A stretch of 64,000 bases of DNA from a virus (Duplodnaviria > Caudoviricetes), in the IMG/VR virus record IMGVR_UViG_3300020576_006124, positions 32,001-96,000 of that record. One strand, 5' to 3'. This document shows positions 45,595 through 54,965 of this stretch, one piece after another. Position numbers and translations under genes: made by a program. The notes beneath the pieces are model-generated. The model ran no database searches. It was not told the origin of the DNA and was given only the letters and a program-made list of their open reading frames with translations. How positions within the stretch are numbered: the first letter of the stretch is position 1; each line of letters begins with the position of its first letter.

Positions 45595-45981
45595 AGCTCC
45601 TTGATATCTAATTCCACTAATGGTATTGAGCCTCCCAGAGATTATATCTCTTATAAGAGATCTAAATCGAGTACCATTCCTATTATTGTTCCATTCTATC
45701 AGAAACTAAAGAAGGATTATACTTTAGCTTTCGATATTGGAGATAATAAAAAGATTCTTAATGTGGTTGGGGTTTTATCTAGATGGTTAGACATGTCTGT
45801 AAGCACCAATCTATACTACCGATACTCGGACTATCCCGGGGAGAAACTGCCTGATATGGTGGTTATTAAAGACATATTCTATGCATATAAACTTGGAGTA
45901 CCTGCTCTCTACTATTCAAATACTTCAGATATGACGTCTATGGATTTGGAGTCCTGTGCTGGAGGAGCTTGTGCGATATGA
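45487..45981 (+). CDS. nrdA: Split-intein IntC fused to the RNR alpha C-terminal part
   Basis: MKIKKI...TFDLEV...VTHN, then SSLISNSTNGIEP, ALYY, CAGGACAI. Confidence 0.95.
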   Translation: MKIKKITHNYSIEPTFDLEVPGVHEFLLEGNLVTHNSSLISNSTNGIEPPRDYISYKRSKSSTIPIIVPFYQKLKKDYTLAFDIGDNKKILNVVGVLSRWLDMSVSTNLYYRYSDYPGEKLPDMVVIKDIFYAYKLGVPALYYSNTSDMTSMDLESCAGGACAI

Positions 45982-46313
45982 AAAAATCAGAACTAAGAGC
46001 ACTTATTCTAAATAGTAATAAGGAAAGACTTAAGCACCCCCTTGAAATGATGGAAGATCTTTCAGAGGGAGAAAGCTTCCAAATACTTAAGTATTTTGGA
46101 AAGGATTGTTGGTTTTATAGGGTTAGAGAAAATAACCTAACTGGCACCTTATACAAAGAACACTATAAGGTAGATAAGAGAGAGGCAGCGATTATCGGAC
46201 TGCTTCTTAACTCCTCAGTAGAAGGTATATCAAAAGAGTATTTTGAAGATACTATTCAGAACATGGAAAAGTACATCAATGGGGAAAAAGAAAAGGAAAC
46301 CGTACAGTCTTAA
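45969..46313 (+). CDS. Hypothetical protein
   Basis: 114-aa ORF; likely start ATG 45978. Confidence 0.55.
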   Translation: MCDMKKSELRALILNSNKERLKHPLEMMEDLSEGESFQILKYFGKDCWFYRVRENNLTGTLYKEHYKVDKREAAIIGLLLNSSVEGISKEYFEDTIQNMEKYINGEKEKETVQS

Positions 46314-46545
46314 AATAAAGCCGGGGTCAGGGCATACACAATACTCTGGCTCCGGACCTCATAAGAATAAAAATACTAAAAGGTCTAATAACCCTAATAA
46401 TAAAGAGCGAGGGGGTAGAGAGTCTTCTGAAGATGTAATTATTAGGAACCTCGAATTCCTACAAGAAGTGGTTGAGGGTAAGGTTCAAATGATTCCTAGA
46501 GTGGGCTATGATGTTAAAGCCTCTTGTGAAATGTTTACACCTTAA
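46243..46545 (+). CDS. Small basic hypothetical protein
   Basis: Likely start MGKKKRK; GSGPHKNK. Confidence 0.5.
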   Translation: MKILFRTWKSTSMGKKKRKPYSLKIKPGSGHTQYSGSGPHKNKNTKRSNNPNNKERGGRESSEDVIIRNLEFLQEVVEGKVQMIPRVGYDVKASCEMFTP

Positions 46546-46554
46546 ATTTTATAC

Positions 46555-46989
46555 ATGACCAAAGAAGAGACGGCTAGATTCACTATAAAAATAAAAGCCC
46601 TTCAACATCATCTTAGAGAAATTTTCGATAGACAGAGAGTTTCTTTCTTATTGTCCAAACTTGAAGAAAAAGGATATACTCTCGAAGAACGTGGGGGAGG
46701 AGTACAAAAAAAGGTTATCTTTAAGGCTAGAAGACACAGAAAACCCCATATTTTAAGAGTAGGTATAAAATTACACTATAGTGAGGGGTTCTCATTTATG
46801 ATTGAACGATTAGATCGCAACGGGTGTTCTTGGGTTACTCATAAGAGTTTTTCTACCTCGGATCACAGTTTTAATGCTCTAACCAGAAAACTATCTCTAC
46901 CTATTGGGGCTAAAAAGCATCTAGAATCCATTTTTGAGGAGACCCTATTTCTATTAGATTACTTCCAACTTAAAATTGAGCAGGTTTAG
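46555..46989 (+). CDS. Hypothetical basic protein
   Basis: 144-aa ORF; its stop lies inside tRNA-Gly. Confidence 0.55.
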   Translation: MTKEETARFTIKIKALQHHLREIFDRQRVSFLLSKLEEKGYTLEERGGGVQKKVIFKARRHRKPHILRVGIKLHYSEGFSFMIERLDRNGCSWVTHKSFSTSDHSFNALTRKLSLPIGAKKHLESIFEETLFLLDYFQLKIEQV

Positions 46990-47054
46990 CTTAATGGTTA
47001 AAGTCCCAGTCTTCCACACTGGTTATACGGGTTCAATTCCCGTAACCTGCTCCA
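46980..47054 (+). tRNA. tRNA-Gly(UCC)
   Basis: Acceptor GCAGGTT/AACCTGC; anticodon arm ccagt-ctTCCac-actgg; acgggTTCAATTcccgt T-arm; T discriminator and CCA. Confidence 0.93.
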
Positions 47055-47078
47055 AGATTTTTTAATTCTAGAGAAAAA

Positions 47079-47528
47079 ATGAGTTATATTTACCGAAGTA
47101 GATTTTTTGTTTTTCCCTCTGATTGTAATCATTCAGCTGAGATTATATTTGGAGGGAAGCTTATGTCTGAAATGGATTTAGCTGCCGCCCATGCAGTAAG
47201 TGGCTTATTAAGAGATGACGCAACTCTAGCTTTAGGCGTTGAGTCCGCAGTTACACACAAAGCCTCTTTTGAGTTTGTTGCTCCATCGTATTGTGGGGAT
47301 GAATTAGAAATTATTGCCTCAGCAGAGTTTGGAGAAAATAAGTCTGTTAAGATTGAAGTAGTTGCTATAATATTTAATGGGAAGAGACTAAAGCCCCTCG
47401 CGAAAGCTTTAGTTTTAGAAGATATTAAAGATAAAATAGTTGCAAAAGCCAGTTTTGTTTTTATTACAACATCTGCTTACACAGGGAAGTACAATATGTT
47501 AAACTATAAGAATCATCATGATGTATAA
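47079..47528 (+). CDS. Hotdog-fold acyl-CoA thioesterase (YciA-like)
   Basis: VFPSDCNH..IFGGKLMSEMDLAA, AVT, FVAP..GD, ASFVF. Confidence 0.85.
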   Translation: MSYIYRSRFFVFPSDCNHSAEIIFGGKLMSEMDLAAAHAVSGLLRDDATLALGVESAVTHKASFEFVAPSYCGDELEIIASAEFGENKSVKIEVVAIIFNGKRLKPLAKALVLEDIKDKIVAKASFVFITTSAYTGKYNMLNYKNHHDV

Positions 47529-48039
47529 AACTAGTTTCCCATATCAAATGCTAGATATTATTAGTTCTAAGTCTAAGATCCTTAGGGATTATGAAGAGGA
47601 GATTTTTAAAAGCTTTGATAGGATCTCTAATATTTTTTTCTTATCTCTATTAGAAACTCTGCCTAAGGAAGTTCATTCTTTTTGTATAGAGTTAGAATAT
47701 AAAGTAACTGGTCCTGAAGAGCAGTTGAATTGCTATGAGGGGTATTTTAGCTTATATGAAACCTTTTCCTACTTAAATGAAGAGAGTATTCTATTTTTTA
47801 ACAAAGAGAGAGAGATAATTGCAGATTGGTGTGAAGATGATTCGACCCCAGAAAACCCAATTAGAGAATATTACGCCCATGCTGAGAATATCATTAATCA
47901 TCTAGATAGAATCCCAGCTCTAATTTGGAGATGGTATGATGGTAGTATTGATACAAATAAATATTTTATATGTAGCAGAGACCTAGGTTGGTCCACCACA
48001 AGAGAGTTACCAAAGAAAAAACATGATAACAGTATTTAA
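47518..48039 (+). CDS. Hypothetical protein
   Basis: 173-aa ORF. Confidence 0.55.
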   Translation: MMYKTSFPYQMLDIISSKSKILRDYEEEIFKSFDRISNIFFLSLLETLPKEVHSFCIELEYKVTGPEEQLNCYEGYFSLYETFSYLNEESILFFNKEREIIADWCEDDSTPENPIREYYAHAENIINHLDRIPALIWRWYDGSIDTNKYFICSRDLGWSTTRELPKKKHDNSI

Positions 48040-50056
48040 CAACGATTTTATAGACCCACGTAGTCAGCCTATCTTCCTTGGTCAACCTTTAGGGTTACAA
48101 AGATTTGATCTGCTAAAATACCCTAAATTCTTTAAGCTGGCTGAGACACAAGAGGGATTTTTCTGGAGAGCAAACGAAGTTGATCTCACTAAGGACAGAA
48201 GTGATTATAAGAGTCTTTCTGAGACAGATAGATTTATCTTTGACAGTAACCTAAGATGGCAAACTATGACTGATAGTATGCTCTCTAGATCAATCAATGG
48301 TATTATGGAGTATATTACCAACCCAGAACTAGAAGCTTGTTGTCAGGTATGGGCCTTCTTTGAATCTAATATCCACAGTAGATCCTACTCTCATATCTTA
48401 AAATCTGTGTATCCTGATGAGACAGCTTTCTGGAATAGTATTATTGAAGATAAAGAAATTATTAGAAGAGCGTCAGAAATTAAGAAATCCTATGATAATC
48501 TTTTTGGATTAGATTATTACGCAACTCAGACTGATATTAAAAGATCTATCTTTAATGCTTTAGTTAGTACTAATGTAACTGAGGCCTTAGCTTTCTATGT
48601 TTCCTTTGCCTGCTCATTCTTTTTCGGAGCAACTGGGGTGATGGAAGGTAACGCTAAGATTATTAAGTTCATTGAGAGGGACGAAAGGTGTGTTTCCGAT
48701 GATACAGAGGTTTTTACATCCGATGGGTGGAAATTAATTCAAAATCTTACTCAATATGACCATGTCGCTCAAGTTAACAAGGATAACACTTTAACCTTTG
48801 TTAAACCTTCTAATATAATCAATAAATCATATAAAGGTATTATGAAAAGACTTTATATGACCAGTGGATTAGATATGTTACTCACGCCCGATCATAGAGT
48901 TGTTTGGCAGGATAAACAGGGTAATTGGGGAGAAAATGAAGCTCAGCTTATTAAATTTACACCCCATAAATACTTACCTGCTTGCGCTAAAATAAAGAAT
49001 ACTACATCTGAGAAATTTAATCTAACAGATTATCAGAGGTTTCTTATAGCACTTCAAGCGGATGGTCGCTTACTTAAACATGATTTACGAAATGGCAAGT
49101 TTTCTGGATGTAAACCGGTAGTATTTAAATTGAAAAAAGATAGAAAGCTGAAGGAATTGAAACTTTTATTATCTAGTTTAAAGTTTGATTATACTGAATC
49201 GAAGATTAATTCTCAGGGGATGATTTCATTTTATATTAAAGTCCCCAAAGAAAGTTTACTAACTAAGAGTTTCAGTGATTGGGTTAAAGGATCAGATTTT
49301 TCAGTAGAATGGTGTAAAGACTTTATTGAGGAATTAGTTAAATGGGATGGGTCTCTTATTAATTCTAATAGATATTACTATTCTAGTATCAAAAAAGATA
49401 ATGTAGAAATAGCTCAAACTATAGCTATGTTAGCCGGGTATAAAACTCATTTTAGTATCCAGAAGGATAATAGAAAAGAAACTTATAATACAGTTTATAG
49501 ACTCTCAATAAGAAAGAACGTTGACTCTTATAACTTCCAGTCTATTAAATCTGAAGATATTAATTACGACGGAAATGTAACTTGTGTTACAGTACCATCG
49601 GGAATGTTCTTAGCTAAGAGAAATAATAATATATTTGTTACAGGAAATTGTCATGCAAATATTACTACAGAGATTCTTAAGATTTTAAGGGATGTACCTG
49701 AGGAAGGATTCCAGGAGATATATAACCCCGATTTAATCATAGAAGCTTATAAGGTTGGCCTGGAGTCAGAAAAGATGTGGGCTGACTACCTCTTCAGTAA
49801 GGGCAGTCCTTTAGGCTTGACAGCAGAGCAATTTAAGATGTTCGCAGAGTTTAAGGCTAATGAGAGACTTAGATTATTAGATCTTCCATTAATTGCCCCA
49901 AAACAAAAAGATAATCCTTTAGGATCATGGTATAATGAATTCCTAAATTCAGACAAGGTTCAGGTGGCACCTCAAGAGACTGAAATAACTTCTTATAGAA
50001 TAGGGGCAAGAGACACCACAATGGATCAACAAGAAATTAAAGACTTGGACTTTTAA
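48023..50056 (+). CDS. nrdB: Class Ia ribonucleotide reductase beta subunit with intein
   Basis: FFWRANEV, ESNIHSRSY, EALAFYVSF, RDER[intein]CH, VAPQETEITSY. Confidence 0.95.
   Translation: MITVFNNDFIDPRSQPIFLGQPLGLQRFDLLKYPKFFKLAETQEGFFWRANEVDLTKDRSDYKSLSETDRFIFDSNLRWQTMTDSMLSRSINGIMEYITNPELEACCQVWAFFESNIHSRSYSHILKSVYPDETAFWNSIIEDKEIIRRASEIKKSYDNLFGLDYYATQTDIKRSIFNALVSTNVTEALAFYVSFACSFFFGATGVMEGNAKIIKFIERDERCVSDDTEVFTSDGWKLIQNLTQYDHVAQVNKDNTLTFVKPSNIINKSYKGIMKRLYMTSGLDMLLTPDHRVVWQDKQGNWGENEAQLIKFTPHKYLPACAKIKNTTSEKFNLTDYQRFLIALQADGRLLKHDLRNGKFSGCKPVVFKLKKDRKLKELKLLLSSLKFDYTESKINSQGMISFYIKVPKESLLTKSFSDWVKGSDFSVEWCKDFIEELVKWDGSLINSNRYYYSSIKKDNVEIAQTIAMLAGYKTHFSIQKDNRKETYNTVYRLSIRKNVDSYNFQSIKSEDINYDGNVTCVTVPSGMFLAKRNNNIFVTGNCHANITTEILKILRDVPEEGFQEIYNPDLIIEAYKVGLESEKMWADYLFSKGSPLGLTAEQFKMFAEFKANERLRLLDLPLIAPKQKDNPLGSWYNEFLNSDKVQVAPQETEITSYRIGARDTTMDQQEIKDLDF
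48689..49648 (+). mobile_element. Intein with LAGLIDADG homing endonuclease (320 aa)
   Basis: CVSDDTEV, LTPDHR, FLIALQADG, FIEELVKWDG, VTCVTVPSG, VTGN, +1 Cys. Confidence 0.92.
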
Positions 50057-50058
50057 TT

Positions 50059-50547
50059 ATGGCTAAGAAAAATAATACAAATAATTCAAATCTAGACTTT
50101 TCAAAGTTCTTAGATGTTAATTTACCTAAGAACTTTCAAGAGGTCTACGATTCACTACTAAGATCTGTATCACTATCAGATCTAGAGGATGAAGGTAAGA
50201 AGGTTCTTTGGTCCCTCAGTACCTCACTCACAAATCTCTATTCCTTTAAGTTTAATCTTGCCTCTTGGAAGCTTCCTTTCTCTGACGAAGAAAGAATTAA
50301 AGCTTTCATTCAGGACTTTACAGACTACGCATCTAAAGCTGTATCAGAAAATCCTTTGCTTATTTTAGAGGTTTCTGCTTCTATTTCTGAAGTACTTTCG
50401 GGAATGGTAGATGCTCTTATCAGAGGAGCCAAGAAGGTTAATCTCTTCAACTGGGATGCCACAAAGGAATTTAGACTCTATTGTGACACAGCAGCCAGAA
50501 AATACCTGAGTAAGGATTCAAGATATAGGATCCTAAGAAAAATCTAA
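50059..50547 (+). CDS. Hypothetical protein
   Basis: 162-aa ORF. Confidence 0.55.
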   Translation: MAKKNNTNNSNLDFSKFLDVNLPKNFQEVYDSLLRSVSLSDLEDEGKKVLWSLSTSLTNLYSFKFNLASWKLPFSDEERIKAFIQDFTDYASKAVSENPLLILEVSASISEVLSGMVDALIRGAKKVNLFNWDATKEFRLYCDTAARKYLSKDSRYRILRKI

Positions 50548-50753
50548 TGGAATTACCTATACCTAAATCTGATTATGCAAGGAGACTTGGAGAGTTAGTT
50601 ACTAGGTACAAAGGGGAAGTAAAAGGAGTAAAACGAGGGAAACACCTGAAACTACTATTTAATGGCCGATTAGTGGTTGTCTCTACTTCCCCTAGAGACC
50701 CAAGCACAGCCTTAAAAAAGATAGAAAGTGATATCAGAAAAACCATTAGCTAG
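50547..50753 (+). CDS. HicA-like small protein
   Basis: RGKHLKL...VVVSTSPRD...KKIESDIRK. Confidence 0.6.
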   Translation: MELPIPKSDYARRLGELVTRYKGEVKGVKRGKHLKLLFNGRLVVVSTSPRDPSTALKKIESDIRKTIS

Positions 50754-51099
50754 AGATTATACGGAGTTCTATAAAGAACACGTAAATGACGTTAAGGCCA
50801 CTCAGTTAAAATGGGGAGTCTTTAGATATGTTATTTTAACTTCCTCTGGGAGAAGTTTGTTTAAAGATCTACCTCTATCAGTAAAGGTAAGATCCGTAGA
50901 AGACAAAACATCTCTTGATATTATTATAGGGTCAGAAGAGGCCGATGAGGAAACTAATGATTACTTATATGAGCTATTTTCTGTGTCTATAAACCAATCC
51001 TGGATTGATCAAGGTAATTCCCTTACTAAACCTAAGCAGGATATAAAACAGCTGATAGCAAAAGTATTAAAGTATAATGGTCTTTCTTTCGAACGATAG
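50728..51099 (+). CDS. Hypothetical protein
   Basis: 123-aa ORF. Confidence 0.5.
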   Translation: MISEKPLARDYTEFYKEHVNDVKATQLKWGVFRYVILTSSGRSLFKDLPLSVKVRSVEDKTSLDIIIGSEEADEETNDYLYELFSVSINQSWIDQGNSLTKPKQDIKQLIAKVLKYNGLSFER

Positions 51100-51481
51100 T
51101 CCCTTTTCTAAAACTGTATCTAGAAGAATAATAGGGAAGAGATTTAATTACCTGGAGATCCCCCCAGGTAATCTTCTTTTTTTGCCCCTAGTTAGAAATA
51201 GTCGGAGTCAAAAATCCTTAAAAGACCCTAGAAGAATCTACTATAGAATACCTGAGACGGATATTTACTTCTTTAAGCAACTAAAGCAGACTAATCAGGC
51301 TTTTCTGGAAGGCAACTTTTACATTAAAGAGTGGTATATAAACAAGAACTCATTAGGGTCTATACCTTCTTTTTTATCCTTTACCTTTTTAAAAGTTTCG
51401 GAGTGGGATTTAAAATCTAGAAAAAACATATCTTCTTTAAAAAGAAAGAAACTAGAATATTTCAAGAACAATCTTTTTTAG
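51077..51481 (+). CDS. Hypothetical basic protein
   Basis: 134-aa ORF; last + strand gene before the convergent junction. Confidence 0.5.
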   Translation: MVFLSNDSPFSKTVSRRIIGKRFNYLEIPPGNLLFLPLVRNSRSQKSLKDPRRIYYRIPETDIYFFKQLKQTNQAFLEGNFYIKEWYINKNSLGSIPSFLSFTFLKVSEWDLKSRKNISSLKRKKLEYFKNNLF

Positions 51482-51897
51482 ATAGGATTATGTATAAAAA
51501 CCAGGGGGAATTCTATTACCTCAGTCTCTAATTTTGGGGATTCACTTTTGTCGCATTCAAATCTAGCCCTTATTACTTGGCAAGTCTTAGTTTCACAGTA
51601 ACCATAGATATCCTTAGATGAGAACCAAACCCAATCGGATGTTTCCCCTAAGTTTGAGACAATATCGTAGTAACCCCTTAGTAGAATTTCTGCAGACTTA
51701 GAATGTGAAACTATTGGGTAATCCGGCTCCAAAACTACAAGGGACCATTCTTCCTCAGGCTCCGGCCAGCATCCTATAACATCTTTAGGTTTTAGGCTAA
51801 TCCTTAAGTTATTGTTATTATAGAAAAGTAGTATTTCTTTTTTAGCAATTTCATTCTTAGAGGTAACTCTTACCTTTCTTTTATACTCTATAGGCAT
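51478..51897 (-). CDS. Hypothetical protein
   Basis: 139-aa ORF. Confidence 0.55.
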   Translation of the reverse strand: MPIEYKRKVRVTSKNEIAKKEILLFYNNNNLRISLKPKDVIGCWPEPEEEWSLVVLEPDYPIVSHSKSAEILLRGYYDIVSNLGETSDWVWFSSKDIYGYCETKTCQVIRARFECDKSESPKLETEVIEFPLVFIHNPI

Positions 51898-52550
51898 TAG
51901 ATACCCACATTTCTAAAGTAACTGTGTCTTAGAACTTTCATTTCCCATTTACTACTAGGAATTTCTAGAGAGCTTTCTAGATTCCGCATTAAGGACTCCT
52001 CGGTAGAAACTTTATCCATAACGTAAAAGGCTTGGTCAACGTTTACTTCATTCTTTCTAAATTTATCGTCTATATAAGTCTTAACTACGGCTTTTAATTT
52101 AGCTGCTATAGTAAGAAAGAAATTCTTTTCCCAATCCTTAATTGCAATAAGGATTGCAACCCTTACCATATGCTTAAGTTCATCATCAGGCACATCAACT
52201 AATTGATTCTTATAGACTAAACACTGTGCTTTGTATTTACTTTTATCCTTTGTGTGGAGTTTTAGAAAATACATCTGCCCCTTAGACCTATAGTTATAAG
52301 ATCCCTTTCTGAACATACTAAAGAATCCCTCTATAGTCTTTTCAAACCTTAGAAGGATCTCCTCTACCGCCTTAGGGTCATTTTCTCTTGCTTTTCTGAG
52401 AATGTCCTCTAATTCGTTGGGGTCATAATTAGGTAAAACCTTTTTAGGTCCTAACTTTTTTACCATATCCTTTATTAGTACCATTACTATGTTCTGGTAG
52501 TATACTCGATGTACGTATACTAAACTGCTGAGAAACGAATACTTTATCAT
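51897..52550 (-). CDS. Sigma-70-like protein, region 1.2/2 only (true start probably 52484 or 52466)
   Basis: ILRKARENDPKAVEEILLRFEKTI; DELKHMVRVAILIAIKDW..FFLTIAAK. Confidence 0.55.
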   Translation of the reverse strand: MIKYSFLSSLVYVHRVYYQNIVMVLIKDMVKKLGPKKVLPNYDPNELEDILRKARENDPKAVEEILLRFEKTIEGFFSMFRKGSYNYRSKGQMYFLKLHTKDKSKYKAQCLVYKNQLVDVPDDELKHMVRVAILIAIKDWEKNFFLTIAAKLKAVVKTYIDDKFRKNEVNVDQAFYVMDKVSTEESLMRNLESSLEIPSSKWEMKVLRHSYFRNVGI

Positions 52551-53505
52551 TTAAAAGTTTTCTTATCTCAGGAATAACTAAGGAACCCCTTAGGAGTTCG
52601 TCCACACATTCCCCTACGTTTTTATAAATGTGTAGCTCGTCGAAGTCTTTCATCTCTACGATAAAATCGAAAATAGGTTCACTATCTCTTTCTCTTCTTC
52701 TCTTCCTACCTTGATTCATCTTACTAGCTGATTCATCAGTGAGAGTAACTTCACTTATAGACCCTATTAGATGGTTTAAAGGGGGGTTATTTATTAGATT
52801 TTCTAAGGAGTTGCCATGAGCAGTTGCTATTAGTTTAACTCCTCTTTGAGAGATAGTTATGGCAGCAAGGGCCTCTTCTTCTGTGGATATCTCATCAATA
52901 ATCATACACTCCGGGGTATGTGACTCCAAAGCGTAGATCATGATATTTTCTTGGGTTTTCCCTTTCGGTACTTCGAATCTACGAGAGAATCCTATAGAAG
53001 GGTGTGCCGGACTAGACTCCCCCCCGATCTCGCTGCTTTTATCTACAACTAGAGTTCTCTTAACCTCTCCTAGGTATCTAGCTATTTTTCTAAGGGTAGA
53101 AGTTTTACCCCTTCCAGGGCTGCCTAGAATAAGGACAGACCCCTTATCAACGAGGTCCTTAATCATCTCTAGAGCTCCTCCTATATCCCTTCCAACTCTA
53201 TAGGTAAGACCGACTACCTCACCATTTCGATCCCAAACACAAGAGACTCTGTGAAGGGTTTGAGGGATGCCAACTCTACCATCGGATCTGAACGCAGATA
53301 GATTCTTTAAGCACTCTTCAAGGTGCTCTTTAGTTATAACTGTGTCAACAAGTATAGGTCTGAATGAGGACACTCTGTACTCAAAGTATCTGCCTAAATC
53401 TATAATAATCTCATTCACCTTGTTATAGTCTTCTGGATCTATTAGCTTAACCAGATTTTCAGGTAGTGTGCTTAAAAGACGTTCGAACTCTACTTCATTC
53501 GACAT
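52444..53505 (-). CDS. SpoIIIAA/Ycf45-like AAA ATPase
   Basis: DLGR, TLHRVS, GLTYRVGR, GSPGRGKTSTLR, VDKSSEIGG, HTPECMIIDEI, ATAHG. Confidence 0.9.
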   Translation of the reverse strand: MSNEVEFERLLSTLPENLVKLIDPEDYNKVNEIIIDLGRYFEYRVSSFRPILVDTVITKEHLEECLKNLSAFRSDGRVGIPQTLHRVSCVWDRNGEVVGLTYRVGRDIGGALEMIKDLVDKGSVLILGSPGRGKTSTLRKIARYLGEVKRTLVVDKSSEIGGESSPAHPSIGFSRRFEVPKGKTQENIMIYALESHTPECMIIDEISTEEEALAAITISQRGVKLIATAHGNSLENLINNPPLNHLIGSISEVTLTDESASKMNQGRKRRRERDSEPIFDFIVEMKDFDELHIYKNVGECVDELLRGSLVIPEIRKLLNDKVFVSQQFSIRTSSILPEHSNGTNKGYGKKVRT

Positions 53506-53518
53506 TAGTTATTTTTCC

Positions 53519-53728
53519 TTATTTTCTTACGACAACTATAAGGTTATCGTAAACTCTTATAAACTCTTCCTGACTGGGATGCCTCTTGAGAATTAAAGAA
53601 GGTATAGGCAGGTTAGAGTATTTGTTCTCCAGAATTCTGTACATTTGTGGGGGCATCTGACTACTTAAAGCAGTAAGTCTACCACTTTCTTTTTTTAAAT
53701 ATACCCCATCAGAAACTCTTTCAAACAT
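53519..53728 (-). CDS. Small hypothetical protein
   Basis: 69-aa ORF. Confidence 0.5.
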   Translation of the reverse strand: MFERVSDGVYLKKESGRLTALSSQMPPQMYRILENKYSNLPIPSLILKRHPSQEEFIRVYDNLIVVVRK

Positions 53729-53754
53729 TTTATTTTTAGGTATTATATTAAAAT

Positions 53755-54309
53755 ATGGATTTTGACACCACTTATATAAACTTCTTTGCTGGACCTGGAT
53801 CAGGAAAATCAGTTCTTTCTAATGAATTATATACAAGATTTGAAAAAGAAGGTCTGTCAGCCCAGTCTATAACAGAGTTTGCTAAGGATAGGGTCTGGGA
53901 AGAGTCCACAACAGTTTTAAAATGTCAACCTTACATAATCGGGGGTCAGATACTTAGACAATTCGTTTTAAGGGGCAAGGTGGAAGTTGTTTTCGTAGAC
54001 AGCCCTATTCCTCTAGGCATAGCCTACAAAGGCTTTGGTTGTAACGAAGATTGGGAAAAAGGGGTAATATATCAATTCAACTCCTTCAGGAACATTAACT
54101 TTCTTCTTTTAAGAAACCCAGATCTCATTACTTTTAAAACTAAAGGAAGAATTCATTCTTATGAAGAATCTCTGAAGAAAGATGAAGAGATAGTTAGTAT
54201 TCTTAAGAAACATAATATACCTTACTACGAAATTACCCCCCAGAAGGATGGGTCTCATTTAACAATTATTACTGACATAATCCTAGAGGAACTAAATAAA
54301 ACTGTCTAA
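53755..54309 (+). CDS. NadR/Ttd14-like P-loop kinase/ATPase
   Basis: INFFAGPGSGKS, EFAK, VDSP, GRIH. Confidence 0.8.
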   Translation: MDFDTTYINFFAGPGSGKSVLSNELYTRFEKEGLSAQSITEFAKDRVWEESTTVLKCQPYIIGGQILRQFVLRGKVEVVFVDSPIPLGIAYKGFGCNEDWEKGVIYQFNSFRNINFLLLRNPDLITFKTKGRIHSYEESLKKDEEIVSILKKHNIPYYEITPQKDGSHLTIITDIILEELNKTV

Positions 54310-54965
54310 GGAATAACTTTAATGGATTTAAGAATTTTCTCAGGAGTTTCAAATAAGTCGTTATTGACTACTGGTATTTTCCTTTTTATATTTTTGTATA
54401 AATCATCAAGTATTTCTTCAAACTCAAGTTGAAGGCCCAAAGAGTCTACTCTTAAGACCATATCATCCTCAACTTTTGGAATTGAATTTATCTTATTCCA
54501 CATTTGGAAAGAGGCACCACCACAGTAATCTAGATCTGATGTAAAGGGGAGATCCGATGTACAATACACCCCAATAATAGGTACACTATCTATTCCTTTC
54601 CAATGTTGCTCTTCACAGATTTGAGAATAAAACTTTAGTGACCTTAAATAATTAGTTGTTACGACAATGGATGTCTTTGACTTCTCTTGTATTTTCTTAT
54701 GGTATTGAAGAAGAAAGCTTCTGTACAAGCTGACCCATTTATCGGGGTTAGATAGTAAAATATCCGGTCTATTTTTTATCAGCCTAAAAAACTCAAAGTC
54801 TAAATCATAAATCGAAAAATTAGGTAATCCAAAAAAAGGAACCCTTAGCTTTTTAGCCAAATAGGTTCCTAATATTTTTTTGCCACAGTTTATTGAACCA
54901 TAAAGTTCAATAATGGTTCCTTTATTCCTATCTAATTTTTGATCTCTTTTTAAGCTGACAATCAT
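54306..54965 (-). CDS. Degenerate thymidylate-kinase-like P-loop protein
   Basis: GTIIELYGSINCGKK..LAKKL; VVTTNYLRS in place of the VxxDRYxxS motif. Confidence 0.55.
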   Translation of the reverse strand: MIVSLKRDQKLDRNKGTIIELYGSINCGKKILGTYLAKKLRVPFFGLPNFSIYDLDFEFFRLIKNRPDILLSNPDKWVSLYRSFLLQYHKKIQEKSKTSIVVTTNYLRSLKFYSQICEEQHWKGIDSVPIIGVYCTSDLPFTSDLDYCGGASFQMWNKINSIPKVEDDMVLRVDSLGLQLEFEEILDDLYKNIKRKIPVVNNDLFETPEKILKSIKVIP

